A stretch of 64,000 nucleotides of DNA from Epiperipatus broadwayi (GCA_028023455.1 JAQFVV010000009.1:13268001-13332000); one strand, 5' to 3'; counted from the stretch's first letter, positions 27,980-42,015 are shown. Made by a program: numbers and translations. Notes: generated by a model not told the origin, from the sequence alone.

Positions 27980-28560
27980 AGTGATATGCATGATAATAGC
28001 TACAATGGTTACTTATTCTATATGGAATTGTATGCAGGCAAATAATCAAATCCTGATGCTTATCTTTGCCTTGGTAGTCATGCTATGGAGACAGTACTTT
28101 TGCCACATTTTGCATCATATTATTTTCAAGTCTATAACTAGAAAATCAGCTATATACAAATAAATTATATCTCTGTAGGACAATAAGTATAACAAGATAG
28201 CATCACTGGTGTGCACAAAAAATATAAACATCATTGTGTACATAAAAAATATTAAATGAAGAGATGAAACTCATTTTATCATTGATACAGATAGTAGCCT
28301 TTAATTTCTAGTTTTAGATAGACAAGAAGCCAATTGCTATGATGACAAATGCATATCTACCTTCTGGAAATAATTTATTTTGTATCTTTTATTAGAATGA
28401 ATCTTTTTCTTATAGATGCCTTGAGATTTGTTAACTTTTGGGGTACAAGATAAAAATGAAGAATTCTTAAGTGACTATTTTTGTAGATTCTGAAGATATG
28501 GATTATCTCAGGTAACAAGTATTATATATGGTTTGAATGAGAATTTTGTGAGGAATACAA
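27980..28560 (+). mobile_element. possible LINE APE endonuclease relic
   Basis: TYSIWNCMQ (cf. SWNxxG), DAYLCLGSH (cf. DIICLQE), MTNAYLPS (cf. INVYLPS) in different frames. Confidence 0.25.
28487..28511 (+). CDS. weak micro-exon candidate
   Basis: tatttttgtag|ATTCTGAAGATATGGATTATCTCAG|gtaaca (DSEDMDYL in phase 1); overlaps a possible LINE relic. Confidence 0.15.
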
Positions 28561-29450
28561 AGAAATTATCAATGAAGATATAATTTAAACTTAATTAATG
28601 ATAAATTAAAAATTATGAACAAACAATAAAGTAATAATTATTTTGGATGTTGACATTTCTTTTTTTTTCTTTTCTTTTTTTAATGATAATCACTATTTGT
28701 CTTAGCCTTATTATTTTCCTTAATTTTTCTAGTTTCTATCAATGTAAAGCTTTTTGCTCTAACCTTATTAAAACTGAAGTTATTGTGAAAATTGTGACTC
28801 AAATCAGTTTTTTAAAAATTCAATATGGCACTGAGGACCATAAAATAGTTAGATGAAAAGTTTTGTATACTGTTTTGAAGAATTAAGAATAAGACCCCAA
28901 TCATTGAAAAATATTTCCAAACTTTTTATATTATTATTGAAATCCTTTTCTATTTCAGGAAGGGAACTAACTCTTTTATGAAATCAAAGCAATGTCATCA
29001 AAATAGATTAATTTCCTGCATTTTTTATCTGAAAGATCATTGTTGTAAATAAAATAGATGAGAGAGCAAAACCCTGTAATAGTCTGTTCTGTATATTTGT
29101 TTATTTACAATAATTATCATTCAGTATTACTTGAATTTTTCTGAGAGAGAATTAAGTAAATTAATAATTTTCCTCCATTTTCCAAATAAAATATGTGGAA
29201 ATTAAATCAAGAAAGAAGACTACAGTTTTTAACTTACTTCTCAAACATTTTTCAATGTGAGTTGTTGAAGAAAAAATTTGTTCAAAGCAGCTTCTTCCTG
29301 GACTAAGCCCAGCCTGCTCTATCGGTAACTACAGCCAGATTGTAACTAATCTGAGATCTATTGGGGGAGGCAGGGGTGAGTATGAATTATAAATTTTTCA
29401 AAATTAAACATTTTTTGTATTCTCTATAAGTATATTTTATTAATAACAAT

Positions 29451-29493
29451 ATTATAACATTTCAAAATACAGATATACTTATATTTACATCAG
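29451..29493. repeat. 43-bp perfect direct repeat, copy 1
   Basis: attataacatttcaaaatacagatatacttatatttacatcag, identical at 31592-31634. Confidence 0.95.
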
Positions 29494-30149
29494 CAAATAA
29501 AGAGTAGGCTTGAACTCACCTGGCACAAAATTTTTACCTCTGACCTGGAGCAACAGCATTTTTTTTTAACATTTATATTTACACAGCCTCCTATAAACCT
29601 AATTAGTATTGTAGGCCTGAATTAAGTTTATAGTCCAATATCAGCAGGGTTTTGCATTAAAGCTAAAATTAATTATGTTTATTAAATTTGTATTTACATT
29701 TAAATAATTCGTGTTAAATAAATTCCATTCTAAGATTAGATTTCTGTTAATAAAAATTACTTGTAAAATCTATTAGTCAAACATATATATACGTCAAGCG
29801 TATCTATATGAGTTAATGCAAAATTCTGCTGAAATAAAATGCTTATATTATTAAAAGAAATAATATATTTTTTTTGTTAAAATCTTGTTAAAATATGGTG
29901 TATGATTTATTTTGAGATAAGCCCGCCAACATTTTCTAAAAGAATGTATGCTTGTAATTAGTTAGCCCATTCAAGGCAAATTAAAGATAGCTTTCTCTTT
30001 CTTTTTTAATTACTAAAATTCAAACTTTAAAGAAAGAAATTTAGAAGAAAAAAGTAAAAGTGATTTTTAAAAAATGTTACCTTGAAACAAAGAGTGGGGG
30101 TGGGCTTATCAAGATCTAAGATCATACAAACAATAGAGGGCAGCTTACA

Positions 30150-31591
30150 AAAAAACATATAAATAGGAGAGTGAACAAAAGACTGGGCATTCAGATTTTC
30201 CTTTTGGAAATAGCATTCAGATTTTTCTTTGGAGAACTCTTTCAGCTTTTCCTTGTTGAGATTTTATTCCAAAAAGTTATACAACTGTCGTCTTCAAAAT
30301 CATGGAGAAGTTTGAACATGCTCAAGCTAAAAGTCATATGAATTTGATGGATTCTACTATGCTTGGCTAGGCAAATAAATAGCTTTGCCTATCGCCGAGG
30401 TTCCTAAATACCATCCAAAATGCCGTAGTATCCACCCAATAGTAATCTGAACTCTGTGCTGTGTCTGTAGGACTTTTCGTGAAACCATGCTACATATTTC
30501 CATTTTCACTGTCCGGACAAATACCTATCGATGGTCAGATCAAGCCACGACGACGCCAAACAGGAGCAAGGAACCAGCACGGTAATCATATCTCTCTCCA
30601 TTGAACTACTTACTTTCTACTCTTTTTGATAATACCTTTTAAATTGCATTATTGTATTATATTTTTGAATTGTTTGATTTAATATTTATAACGTAATTAT
30701 TTCTTTCGACTAGCCTTAGATATATATATGTGTGTGTGATCATCTCTCTATATTTAACCCTTTTTCCTTCGCTATTCTTCATTACTAACATGTATAAATA
30801 TTTTGTATTCCATTGCAGTTAAGTTTAAAAGTTAATTTTTTTCATTTAAAATCTCTTTCCAATTTTATTTATGTTTCTAAATTCCATATGAGTAAGATTC
30901 CTTTGTTTGCCAACATGATCTCCTCGATAATGCCTCTTTTGTCCGCCACTAGCTTATTACGTATATCAGATTTAGCTATATATGTTTTAAATAATTTTTA
31001 AACTGTCTGTTTTTAGTGCAAAGCAATTATAAAATGCTCTGCGAAAGATTTTTATTATTGTACTTTATCGAGGAGATTCGAGTTGACAATTTTATTAAAA
31101 TTGGGAAGAAAAGACTTAGACCGCAAAAATATATCGTTTAATCTGTTTTCATTGTCTAATTAGTTTTCATTAATTTAGGGGAAGAGCGGAGGCCATTAAA
31201 TCATTATAAATATCTTAAAGTCATTAATTAAATATCTTATTTAACTAACAAGCTTGAGTTTGCTAATTTTGTTTTAAATGCTTCATTTTGCTTTTCAATG
31301 ATCCAGGCACGCAAAACACATATTTCTTAGTACTTTTGCACATTTAACTATTTAGCTCCTTAGGTGTTCCCATCCATGTTTCTCTCCGCTGGTGCTAAGC
31401 TTTGGGCTGGTGAGAAAATAATTTATGCATGTCTCAGATAATGGGGTTGGTTCGTCGTTAGCCTCGAGAATAGGCGAATAGGGCAGAGGTCATAGTATTC
31501 TTGATTTAATATCTCACGTATGGGTGGCTTCAAAGTACTTTTGCCTATATTTGAACTGGGTTAAACCAACATACATCATCTGACTGTCACA
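30150..31591 (-). mobile_element. decayed CpG-containing repeat family B, possibly LTR-retrotransposon (BEL/Pao-like) internal relic
   Basis: right end aligns with 49310-49532 (aataggc(g/a)aatagggcagag, gtacttttgccta, aacatac..ctgac/ccgac..caca); minus-strand LRNMCFACLDH knuckle-like peptide. Confidence 0.35.
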
Positions 31592-31634
31592 ATTATAACA
31601 TTTCAAAATACAGATATACTTATATTTACATCAG
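31592..31634. repeat. 43-bp perfect direct repeat, copy 2
   Basis: identical to 29451-29493. Confidence 0.95.
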
Positions 31635-34600
31635 GAACATTTTTATATAGTAGTAATTAAACAGTAAATAAAACTAATACTTTATAATTTTATCCAAATA
31701 ACAGTTTTTGAATTAGCAAAGTTTGGATTATTGATAATCTATCTGCATTGGCAAACTCTCAGTTAATATGATGTTGGGTAATAATTGTTTGAGTTTTTGT
31801 TTATAAACATCATCCCTCCCCCAATCTGATAGACTCCTCTTTATGCCAAATTTTTGAAGTTTCATTGTGAATAAAGTTGCTAAATAGTTCGTCAACAGTG
31901 CTAACTGCTCCTGACATTTTTATGAACAACTTCCATAAACATGGCATAGTCTGCTGGTAAATAGTGCACCCTATATATAGAAAAAAAAGTTCACATATTA
32001 AACTTTTGGATATTCAATTAAATATTAGTATGAGAAATATTATTGGTACACTCAAGTCTAATATACTTCTTTTAAAAAAATCAAACTTTTTTTTATCATT
32101 TAAGGCTCCTCTCAAATCAAAATCCCATTTTTTGATTGTTCAAACAAGACTCTACAATAGAAGGACTACATCCTAAAAAATGGAATTTTCTATGCTTCAA
32201 ACAACTTTCTTTTCCAGACCTAACAATAAAAACAGATTTAACAAAAATCATGAACCACATAATTAATGAATGTCAAAGCCATGGTTGCAATGGCTGAATT
32301 GAATGATTTAATAAAACCACTGATGAATCTATTTCCTGGTTGGAATCTCTGCAGATTCTTTTATGACATTTTGTTAATAGTTTAACTGTATAAAAACATT
32401 CCTTATGTTAAATAAATAAATAACATTTATTTAGATTAATACTGAAGTTAGACATATCTGGTATGTGCGTGTATTCATTATATAACGTTTGTTTGTGACC
32501 AAAGTGCTCAACACCGAAAACGTATTAAGATTATATTCTCAGTGAATAAAACAATATTAGCGCATTGCCTTTGATTTATTTATACATAATGAAAATGCTT
32601 CAGTACGTACACACACACAAACTATCTATCTCAATAATAGCTCTAAAGTCTATTTTATAGTCTTAATCAATAAAGAATAGTATGAAATAATTTAAATATG
32701 TGCACAAGTTTTCCAGTGATCATAAAATTTAATTTTAGACTGAAAAAACGCCTACACAATTGCCTTGAAGATATTAATGTCACAGGAAAGAAGTTTTAAA
32801 ATAATGAACAATTAGACATCAAGATTTGACGATTCATATAAATCTTTTTATATACTATTTTCCCATATAAGGAATTTTTTTTATTCATATCGGGAGGAAG
32901 AATAGACTGAAATGATTAACGGCAAATAATTTATTATAAATAGAATATAAAAAACAACAAGAGCAACACGAAAAGTTTTTCTTACAGTAAAAAATTTCTT
33001 AGCATTGATTTGATATTAGTTTACCAATTTAAATTATAATTTATGACTGTTTGAATGATGATTAATTAAGTACAGCCAAAAACGAACTTTCTAGAAATAA
33101 CGTTTTCTTTTTAAGAAAAAATGCTGCTAATGATTAAAAAGAAAATAAACCACACCAATATTAATTCTTATATTTTACACTTATTTTAAGTTTAAAAATG
33201 ATTCCTTACAAACTTTTATTTAAATTTTATTAATCGTATCATAATTTGAAAATAAAAACTATAAATATACAAATTTTACTCAACTATTCACTTTCATGTA
33301 TACAGGAGTCATCAATGTGATTAAGTGGTGAAAAAAGAACTCTACATCTGCTAAAATAAAATGAATATTGTACATTTACAATATTATTAAAACCTTATTA
33401 CAATTATGATGTATAAATTGCCTTCCATTTAAATAAGGATAAATATTTCCTTGAATGAATGTTATTTTCTACAACAACAAATTGAAATATGATTTTATAA
33501 TTTATCTTACTCATCTAACCAAAAGTTTGATCTTAGATAATTACTATAATGCCTCCCTAGAAAACTAGCTGGCACATCTTAAAGTTATGTTACAAAAATT
33601 CTAATATCAACTTGTTTAGCACTAACATATTCTATTGACAAATATTGTAACTATGTTTGGAAAAATATATAATGAAATATTATCATAAGAAACATTTCTA
33701 GCACACTCAAGTTCATTATTTGCAGTGGCTTTATGTTTCTTCACAATATCCCCCCTCCCCCCGGTTTTCAAAAGATAACCATATACAGGAAATATATTAA
33801 GTAAAATCAGATTTATTATTATATTAAAATGTAATTTCACATGTTTCAAATCAAATCTTCTTTCTGGATACTGAACCCAAAAAAAAAAAACCCCTTAATA
33901 ACAAAAGAATCATGGCTCATGAAATAAATTCTTTGCAAGATTCAAACAAATATTGTTTTATCCAGATATATAATAAAAAGCTAGCAGAATCTGATTTGCT
34001 TAAGCTTTACTGAAATCTCTCATCACACCACCATTCATAGTCCAGTTCTTACGTATTTGAAAAATAGAAATTTACAATTTGTATATTATAGTGATTAGAC
34101 AAAAATCACAAACCATATAGTTAATGTCTGGCCAATCTAAGAATAGAACAGCAGAATTAAAGGACTTAATAAATTACCAGAAATATTGTTAAATAGTTAG
34201 CTGTGTTTAATAATACTAAAAAATCCATCAAATAAATAATAGCGCAAATATCGGAGACCAGGTTTAAGGTGATATGAATTAATATGTAAAAATAAAATAT
34301 ATTGAGAATATGCCAAACAATGATTTACTATAATTGCTTACCTAAACATTTCTAAATTTTTTTCAGATAAAAGATTTACATACTTACACTATTAAACACC
34401 TAACATTGGTTTAACAAACTTTTAAAAATGTAAATTATAGCATTTTTGTTTATGCTAAATCAAAATATCAACTATCATAATCTCTCAAAATGCAGATAAC
34501 AAATTTCAAAGTGGGGATCATCTCCAAATACATGAGCTATACAGATAATAACTCGTGTCGGATATCCATTTGTTTATCTGTCTTCTTTCATGTATTGATA

Positions 34601-36296
34601 TAGATGTCGTTGTATGTACTTTAAATCATGGTATTCTGGAGACATATTGAAAAAGGCAACAAACACAATTTGCCGAAAAAGGCTTTTCTATGATAATTTT
34701 ATAATTTGTAATCTTTATTGCTTGTATATATGTATTTTTAAACATATTATTGACTATTAAATACATGAGCCTATTAATCTAGTTTTTCTTCTTTATGTCT
34801 TTTTTTTTCTTGTATTTAGATCTCTTCTATCTAAAATATCTAACAAAATCATCACTACTTTCCAGAATATAATAAATAATTCCCTTCCTTTTCTAATTTT
34901 TCCATTACAGACACTTCTTTAGTTTTTTCTATTCATATGTTATATTTTTAATCTTTTTAAATGACTTTTTTCTTATTCTTTATATTCATATTTCAAATCC
35001 TTTTAAAAAACTTTACATAAGTTTTTTTTTTTTATGCTTTGATAATATTCAAACTTCCTTTTCTTTACTTTTTATGCTTATTTTATCAATATTTCTAAGC
35101 ATTTTAAATATTCTTGATAATTACCATCAGTATACAACAGAAGAACAAATTATATAACAATTGAAATTATATGCCCAAGTGATGATATAAGTGGAGAAAT
35201 GTTTAAACAAAATAATAATAAAATATAAAGATGATTGTTCTTTTCCAATGAAATAAATAATTAAAATAATTAGTAAGATCAAGGATTTAGAAATAATAAT
35301 AAAAAAAGAAGAAACAATTACCTGTTCAATATTATATTATTTCTCACATAAAAACAATTAAAAATGTCACAATTAATAGATTAAAATATAAAAAAATAGT
35401 GTATTTAAAAATATGTTTTTAATATTAGAATTAATCAAATTTGTTTTTTGTTTGTTTTAAAAAAGAAAACAATGCCAAAGAACCATCAATATAGAAAGAG
35501 AAAATACAGAGATAGAAAATATTTTCTCTGAGACACTTCTTCAGAGCAATATCAGAAAATCACTATTTTGTAGAGATCTGAAACCATTGCCAATGTATTA
35601 ATGTCATTCTTTATTAATCATCAAAAATATGAAAGAGTAAAACCTAGAATTTATGGTTCAAACTTCCCTTTGCATTAATACAAAATTGCCAGCAGTGATT
35701 AAAATTAAATATAACTATATGGAGAAAAACTCCTTTGACTACCTACCATCCCTCCAAATTTAAATCTTTTTATACTACCAAAAAGAAATTTGAAAATATA
35801 CTGAAGAAAATCTATATTGAAAAAAAAAAAAATTACATGGTTTATAATAATAATAAATGACATTAAAAAAGCATATATCATATCGCCTTTGTAAGCAAAT
35901 TCTTTTATATTATATCATATAACTATTATTTGAATTCAAAATTTTTTTGGTGAAATAAAATATTTATTATTTGATATATAATCAACAGAAATGTGACTAC
36001 AATAAACATATATATCATATAGTTAAATTTGTAGGAATTTCATAATTCAATTTTTAATTTCTTTATATGTAAATATATACATATATGATGTAGTAATGTA
36101 AGTATAGATGAAAAGTTGCATAAAAGTATTACAAATCACACAAAGATAAGGAGAAAATATAAAAATCATTTAAAATAAAGAACACTACATAAATGCAAAT
36201 AAAATAGAAAAGGATTACCAATTAAAATAAATTATCTACATATAATGGACAAATATCCAATATAAAAATTATTTATCCACAATGTGTTATACACAT

Positions 36297-36437
36297 TTAA
36301 TTAATATAATAATCAATCTACATAAGATTGAAACAACATATCAATAACAGATGAAAACCGGTTTGATAATTAAATAAATACAATCACAATTAACTGTTTG
36401 TTTCAATCTTATTTAGAATGATTATTATATAAATTAA
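36297..36437. mobile_element. small MITE-like element with ~43-bp imperfect inverted repeats
   Basis: tataataatcaatctacataagattgaaacaa vs ttgtttcaatcttatttagaatgattattata; TTAA at both outer ends. Confidence 0.55.
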
Positions 36438-36485
36438 CAGATTACTTATTAATATTGAGTTTTCTATAATTGGTTAATATTATTT

Positions 36486-36754
36486 AATACATTATACAGG
36501 CTTGATACCTGCATTTATATATGTAATATATGTGGGATTCGAACTCAGACTTTCACACAACTCACAACTCTCAGTGCTACCTTATATTGCTGACCCACCT
36601 GATCACATGTCAGACTTTCACATGACCCACAACTCTCAGTGCATCTTATATTGCTGACTCATCTGATCACATATGTGATCAGGGTGGGTCAGCAATATAA
36701 GATGGCACTGAGAGTTGTGGGTCATGTGAAAGTCTGAGTTCAAATCCATAGATA
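36486..36754. mobile_element. fold-back of tRNA-derived SINE heads: two tandem minus copies plus one plus copy
   Basis: units at 36535-36608, 36610-36672 (minus) and 36673-36747 (plus); zero-spacer centre gatcacat|atgtgatc; B boxes GAGTTCGAATCC/GAGTTCAAATCC; candidate TSD ttaatattattt at 36474-36485 and 36755-36766. Confidence 0.75.
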
Positions 36755-37683
36755 TTAATATTATTTTATTTATTAAATTTATTATCAATTATTATATATA
36801 ATAACAAGTCTTGTCCATTAGTAGTCATAAGTTTAAATATATCAGTTTCTTATTCTTCCTACTTAAGAAATAGAATATATGCATATAAAATAAATAACAA
36901 ACAGTTAATGCAAGTAATTATACAAGTAATTCAAAGAAATAAAATTGAATATATTTTTATAACCTGAGTGATACAATATTATTTTGTGATGTTCAATGTA
37001 TTAATATTAAATTCATTATAGGGCAATTTGCATAGAATTATAAACAAATTATTCAAGTGAACCATTTGTATTATCAAGTACTTAGGGGATCTGACAAATA
37101 CATAACCTTCACGTGCATCTTGTATCATTTATTTCAAAAGTAACAAGATTAATAAAGACGAAACTCCTATAAAAATAATATTAGCAAAATTTCATTGGAA
37201 TTTTAGCACAATAAAATTGTAGTATTTACTTTTATAAATTGACATATTCCCTCAAATAATGTATAAGTATTAATAGGGTAATAGAATAAAATAAAGTTAT
37301 GAATTACAATAACACAAGATTTTTTAATTTCTTTGTTTTCACTTTTTTTTAAAAAAAAAAGAACAACAACAGCAAAAACATTTATATATTTTGTTTTTTT
37401 TATTCAGCAATTTTACTATTAATAATTTATCTTCAAATTTAAAACAGTGCTTAGAAAATGGATTATTTTCTTTAACATATTGAATGATGTATTTTTCACT
37501 AGATATACAAATAAATTAAGATTTGCTAATATTTTTTAGAATTTTCACTTTTTTAAACTAAAAATCACTTCTTTTTCTTAAGGCAGTTTTCATAAAACTC
37601 ATTCTCAGCAATCAAATGTTTATTATGTCAAGATGTTATTGAGAAAGATCCATTAAATTTTTATTTTTGCTAATCGTTTTCAA

Positions 37684-37925
37684 ATTAAACTGAGAGTGCA
37701 AATTTCTCAAGCGCTTATGACTACCAACAGCAAATCAGATCTTAAGCACTGGGACAGTGAATTTAACAAGAAAAGAGTGGTTCCTACTCTCTTCTTTACT
37801 TGTCTTTCTTGTTAAATTCTCTGTCCCAGTGCTTAAGATCTGATTGGCTGTTGGTAGTCATATGCGCTTGAGAAATTTGCACTCTCTCAGTTTAATTTCA
37901 ATACCGTCTGCGCTTTATAAAATAA
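37684..37925. mobile_element. fold-back insertion: ~92-bp arms, 31-nt loop, one-sided tail
   Basis: arms 37682-37773 and 37805-37898 differ by 3 substitutions and a 2-bp indel; TSD taatcgttttcaa at 37671-37683 and 37926-37938; tail ctgcgctttataaaataa. Confidence 0.85.
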
Positions 37926-40019
37926 TAATCGTTTTCAATGAAATTTTAATATTTTAACATAATTTTTGCTTTCATTTGATCACTACTTCTCAGATTTTAA
38001 TCATGTTCTCTAGAATTGTATCAAATAGTATTGATTTGCCTTTGACAACTTCTAATTTCTCATTTAAGTTATAAATTTAGCCATTTCTTTTTAATTTAAA
38101 AGATATTAATGAATTACTGCAACTATAAAAAATACACTAAATAACTGTATACAGATATACAATGTGATGATGAAAATGTACATTGTACTTTTTAATATCA
38201 GATAAAATAAAAATACACACTGTAAAAGAATATGAAATTGTGAGTTTCTCTGTCTGTATACTTTCTATTTCATGAAGCTGAAAAGCATCACATTATTTTA
38301 TAATTAAACAATTATGATTGACATACTTAATAAAGATGCGTTCAATAAAAACCTTATATATATATATACATGCATATACAATAACTACATTACATCCAAA
38401 GTCATATTACAGATAGGATATACATACACAGTATATTATTTAATATACATATGTTTGATTATTAACATAATTATGTGAATGTAAATTTTAATAAATATTA
38501 TTTTTATTACAATTATCATGGCAATCAATATTTAGCTATGCAGTAGAGTTTGCTAAAACAAAAACTTCTGGAGTGAATAATTAGTAGATCAAATAGACAT
38601 AAACCATAAAAACAGAATTTGAAATTTGGATCAATGTTGATATCAAAACAAAAAAATAAAAATTGACAAAATGTTGTTTATATTTTTATTTAAAAGTATT
38701 CTTGGTACTTATACTACAATAATTTTAGGTATCAAAACAAAATGTCATTTTCTTTCAATATTCTTTTTGTTATATATCATGCATATGGCCTCAACTAGCC
38801 TTTCAATGTTAGTTGATAAATGAATATTGAATTATTCTTACCTAAGTTTAAAATAAGAATGAAAAACAATTAAAATCTTCACCTTCAAGTATTTGGTAAG
38901 TTTGATGAGTAACAACTTCTACTTTACTATTTGGAAAACTATTGAAAAAGTCTTTCACCTGCAAAGGACTATTTAAAGGTTGTTTTATCTATTTTTTCTT
39001 ACTGCTACATACTATCAAATTTTGATTATAAAAATGAATTTGCTATTGACTGGAAAAAGTTTTTTTTTTATTCTTCTATCAAGCCTTAAAGGAACCAATC
39101 AGACAAAATTTCTTAGCTCTCTTATTGCGATTTATAAATCTTCATAGTGATACTATTTCTAAATACTTGCCTTATAATCATCCCATGAACACTTAATTTT
39201 TATAGCTAATAATTTTTTTTTCACTCACCTAAAAACAATATATTTTAGTTGTAAATTTGGTCTATAGATGGACCCTCTTGTATTTTAAAAATGGCCTTTT
39301 GATGGTAGCAAAGTTCAATACATGCAAAAAAACAACACTTATATGTTTACCATTGCCACATATACAAAAAACTAACAAGAAGTAAGTAATTTTTATATTT
39401 TTTATATATTTAAAATCATATATTAATTATAATACAAACATTTAAATTTAAACTATTTTATATGTAATTTGATATGAGAAGCATGCAATCATACCATATA
39501 TATATATTATTTAAGGAAATAAGATGCACTTTTTTAAAAACAATAAAACATAATATTTTGTTACTTTTTATATTATCTGTAATATTTTAAAAACTTTATT
39601 ATCCTTAAAATCATTTTATATTATTTCCAAATCTCACTTTGATAAAGATGTTCTGCATAAAACCTTGGCTTGGTAATATTTTGAAATTTATCACGTTATT
39701 TATTTGTTATTCATACATTTATGTGGAATAAATATTTTATGAAATAAAAATTGAAAGTAACAGGACATATTAGAAGGATTTATTCCATTTTATATGTTCT
39801 TAATATTGTAGCTGGTATTATTGTAATTATTCATAAGGTTAATGAATATGTATAGGCTGTTCACCAATGGGAAACAGCTTTATGGCTTTTATTTCTGAGT
39901 TTAAACTTAAAAAATCATCATGATCCTCCTCCTCCAATGGCTTTATATTTCTTAACACCAAACCTCAGTTGGGTTTTCTTGTAGATATGATAATTATGTA
40001 AATTCTAATCATTTTTTAT

Positions 40020-42015
40020 ATTTACAGCCATGACAAATAAAACTAAACCGTGGTTCATAAGACTGTAAAATCAGCATTAAATAATGGCTAGAGCTTAATT
40101 AATAATGTCCAGGTAAAGGTCTAGGTTGCTATTCAATGACATCCTATATTTAGCTACTTATAATGGTAGTTCATTTTCAAGTAAAGAAAAATTGCATAAA
40201 CTGGAAAATGAACTGTCTAATATTAAATGGGGCATTGCAAGATTTTGTGATGCTTGAAGGTAAGGAAACAAATGATTGAAAAAATGAAGTGTATATTTTA
40301 CGATGATAGCACATTTATTGGTAGAAGAATGGCATGGAATTCATTATAAATTGTAGAAATTGATGGTATATCAGACAGTGCAGCAAGATTAATTGTATAA
40401 TTTGATGGAAGATAGTAAATATTCAAGTTTATGCCTCAAGAAGTTCACATTATAATGAAAAAATAGAAAATTTTTATTTAGATGCTTAAAATAATTTTCA
40501 TTAAATTATATTACATTTTAAAAGTGTCAAAAAATTTTAAAGCAACAATTTGAAAAATGATTATAAAAATAATGAGCTATGGGTAAATTTGTAATAGAAA
40601 CAAAATAAAAAGGATATCTTTTAAAAAATTTTTATGCAGTATATTCTTTTTTTGAAAAAAATTCAAGTGGAAATGAACATGAAAATTCAAATAAAGTTGC
40701 AACAAACCTAGAAAATATGAATCTCAAACAGTAGAACAACAAGTGATCATCAATTAGTAAGATGTAAGAAATGTGTTAATGCAAAGTTAGAAAGATGACA
40801 TTAATAGTTAATATTTCTAATCTTCAAAAATATTTCAATGAATTTTAGAAAGAACTTTCACATTTTAAAATATGAACAGACTTTGATGATGTGTCAGACC
40901 TGACTGTCAATACAAAAAAAAAAAAAGCAATAATTTATCAATAAACTTTCAACTGAGGTAAAACAATCAGAAGAAAAAATAAATTAAATACCTAAATTGC
41001 TGTTAATAGGGATAAAAGAAAACATAATTGTAAACTGAGAGGAAAGCTATAGAAGACAACAAATCTTTCAAGTATAATACCAAATTTTTATATCATAAGA
41101 AAAATTATTTCAGCAATAGAAAAAAAAGATGACACTATTAATGAAAAAGAGGTGATTTTATGAAATATGGAGAAGAGAACTACAAAGAACTATATAGTAA
41201 TAAAAAATTAAAGTAAACACTACAATTGCAATGATAAATTTAGAAATTCCATGTATTTTAAATGACCATTGAATTTATGAAGAATGTGAAAACTCTAGAA
41301 AATAATGAAATTCTTATAAATATTTTTAAAAAAGATGAAAAAATATAAATTGTCAGCAAAGCTATAAATAACCAAATGTCTAAATGATAAAGATATATCA
41401 GATAATTGGAAAAATATAATAGTTATATTGATATTTATTAAAGATGAAAAAGAAGATAGAACACATTTTATATATCTATCAGTCTCAGAATTTTTACTAA
41501 GATTATACAACTTATATACAGAAAATATTAAACTCCATCAAACAAAATATAAACTGGTTTAAAAGTGATTATAGCAAAGTAGATTATCTCTCATATATTA
41601 TAACACAACAAATATACAATAATTTTTTTCTTTAAAATATATGTTCTCCAATAACATCAACAAATTAAGAAATCAGTTTCCTTTTTCTTTTCAAAAACTT
41701 TATTTTTTTTATATAAATACTGAACATATATAATACAATCTCCAATGTTTCAACTGTATCACAGAAATCTTTGAAGAAATAAAAGCAGAAATTAAACTGA
41801 GTTTGCTATTTAAAAAAAGACAATAGAAGAACAGGCGAAGTCTTAAATTGAATCATAAAATTGTAAAAGATTTTGGAACAAGATCCTACATGAGATGGAT
41901 GATTGGTGGATGGTTGTTGAAGTCATATAGAGAGAAAATCTATAAATTAGAAAAAAATATTAAACTCACAAAGAATTTTTTTTATTCTGCAGTGAATCGA
42001 AAATAGTGATGACGA
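40020..42015 (+). mobile_element. decayed, internally deleted RTE-clade LINE including the ORF 5' end
   Basis: LYLATYNGSSFSSKEKLHKLENELSNIKWGI (APE start), RT-region relics, 3' end tttattctgcagtgaatc plus gatgacgatgat. Confidence 0.75.

Noticed and set aside
29290-29375. open 85-nt segment ending at a GTGAGT donor (LLPGLSPACSIGNYSQIVTNLRSIGGGR)
   Set aside because: Weak acceptor, and the G-rich end resembles hAT-type MITE subtermini; cannot be told apart without RNA data.
32455-33250. Helitron/DINE-like element (gtttgtttgtgacc… motif)
   Set aside because: No TC/CTAG termini or 3' hairpin could be fixed.
34480-34690. piggyBac C-terminal cysteine-rich remnant on the minus strand
   Set aside because: Similarity too weak; no TTAA-flanked TIR found.
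35554-35600. RDLKP kinase-like exon
   Set aside because: Only five residues, weak donor, within what looks like a decayed transposase region.
36535-36747. repeated ~65-bp units resembling a CRISPR array
   Set aside because: No unique spacers, one unit is inverted, units are tRNA-like, and the context is eukaryotic.
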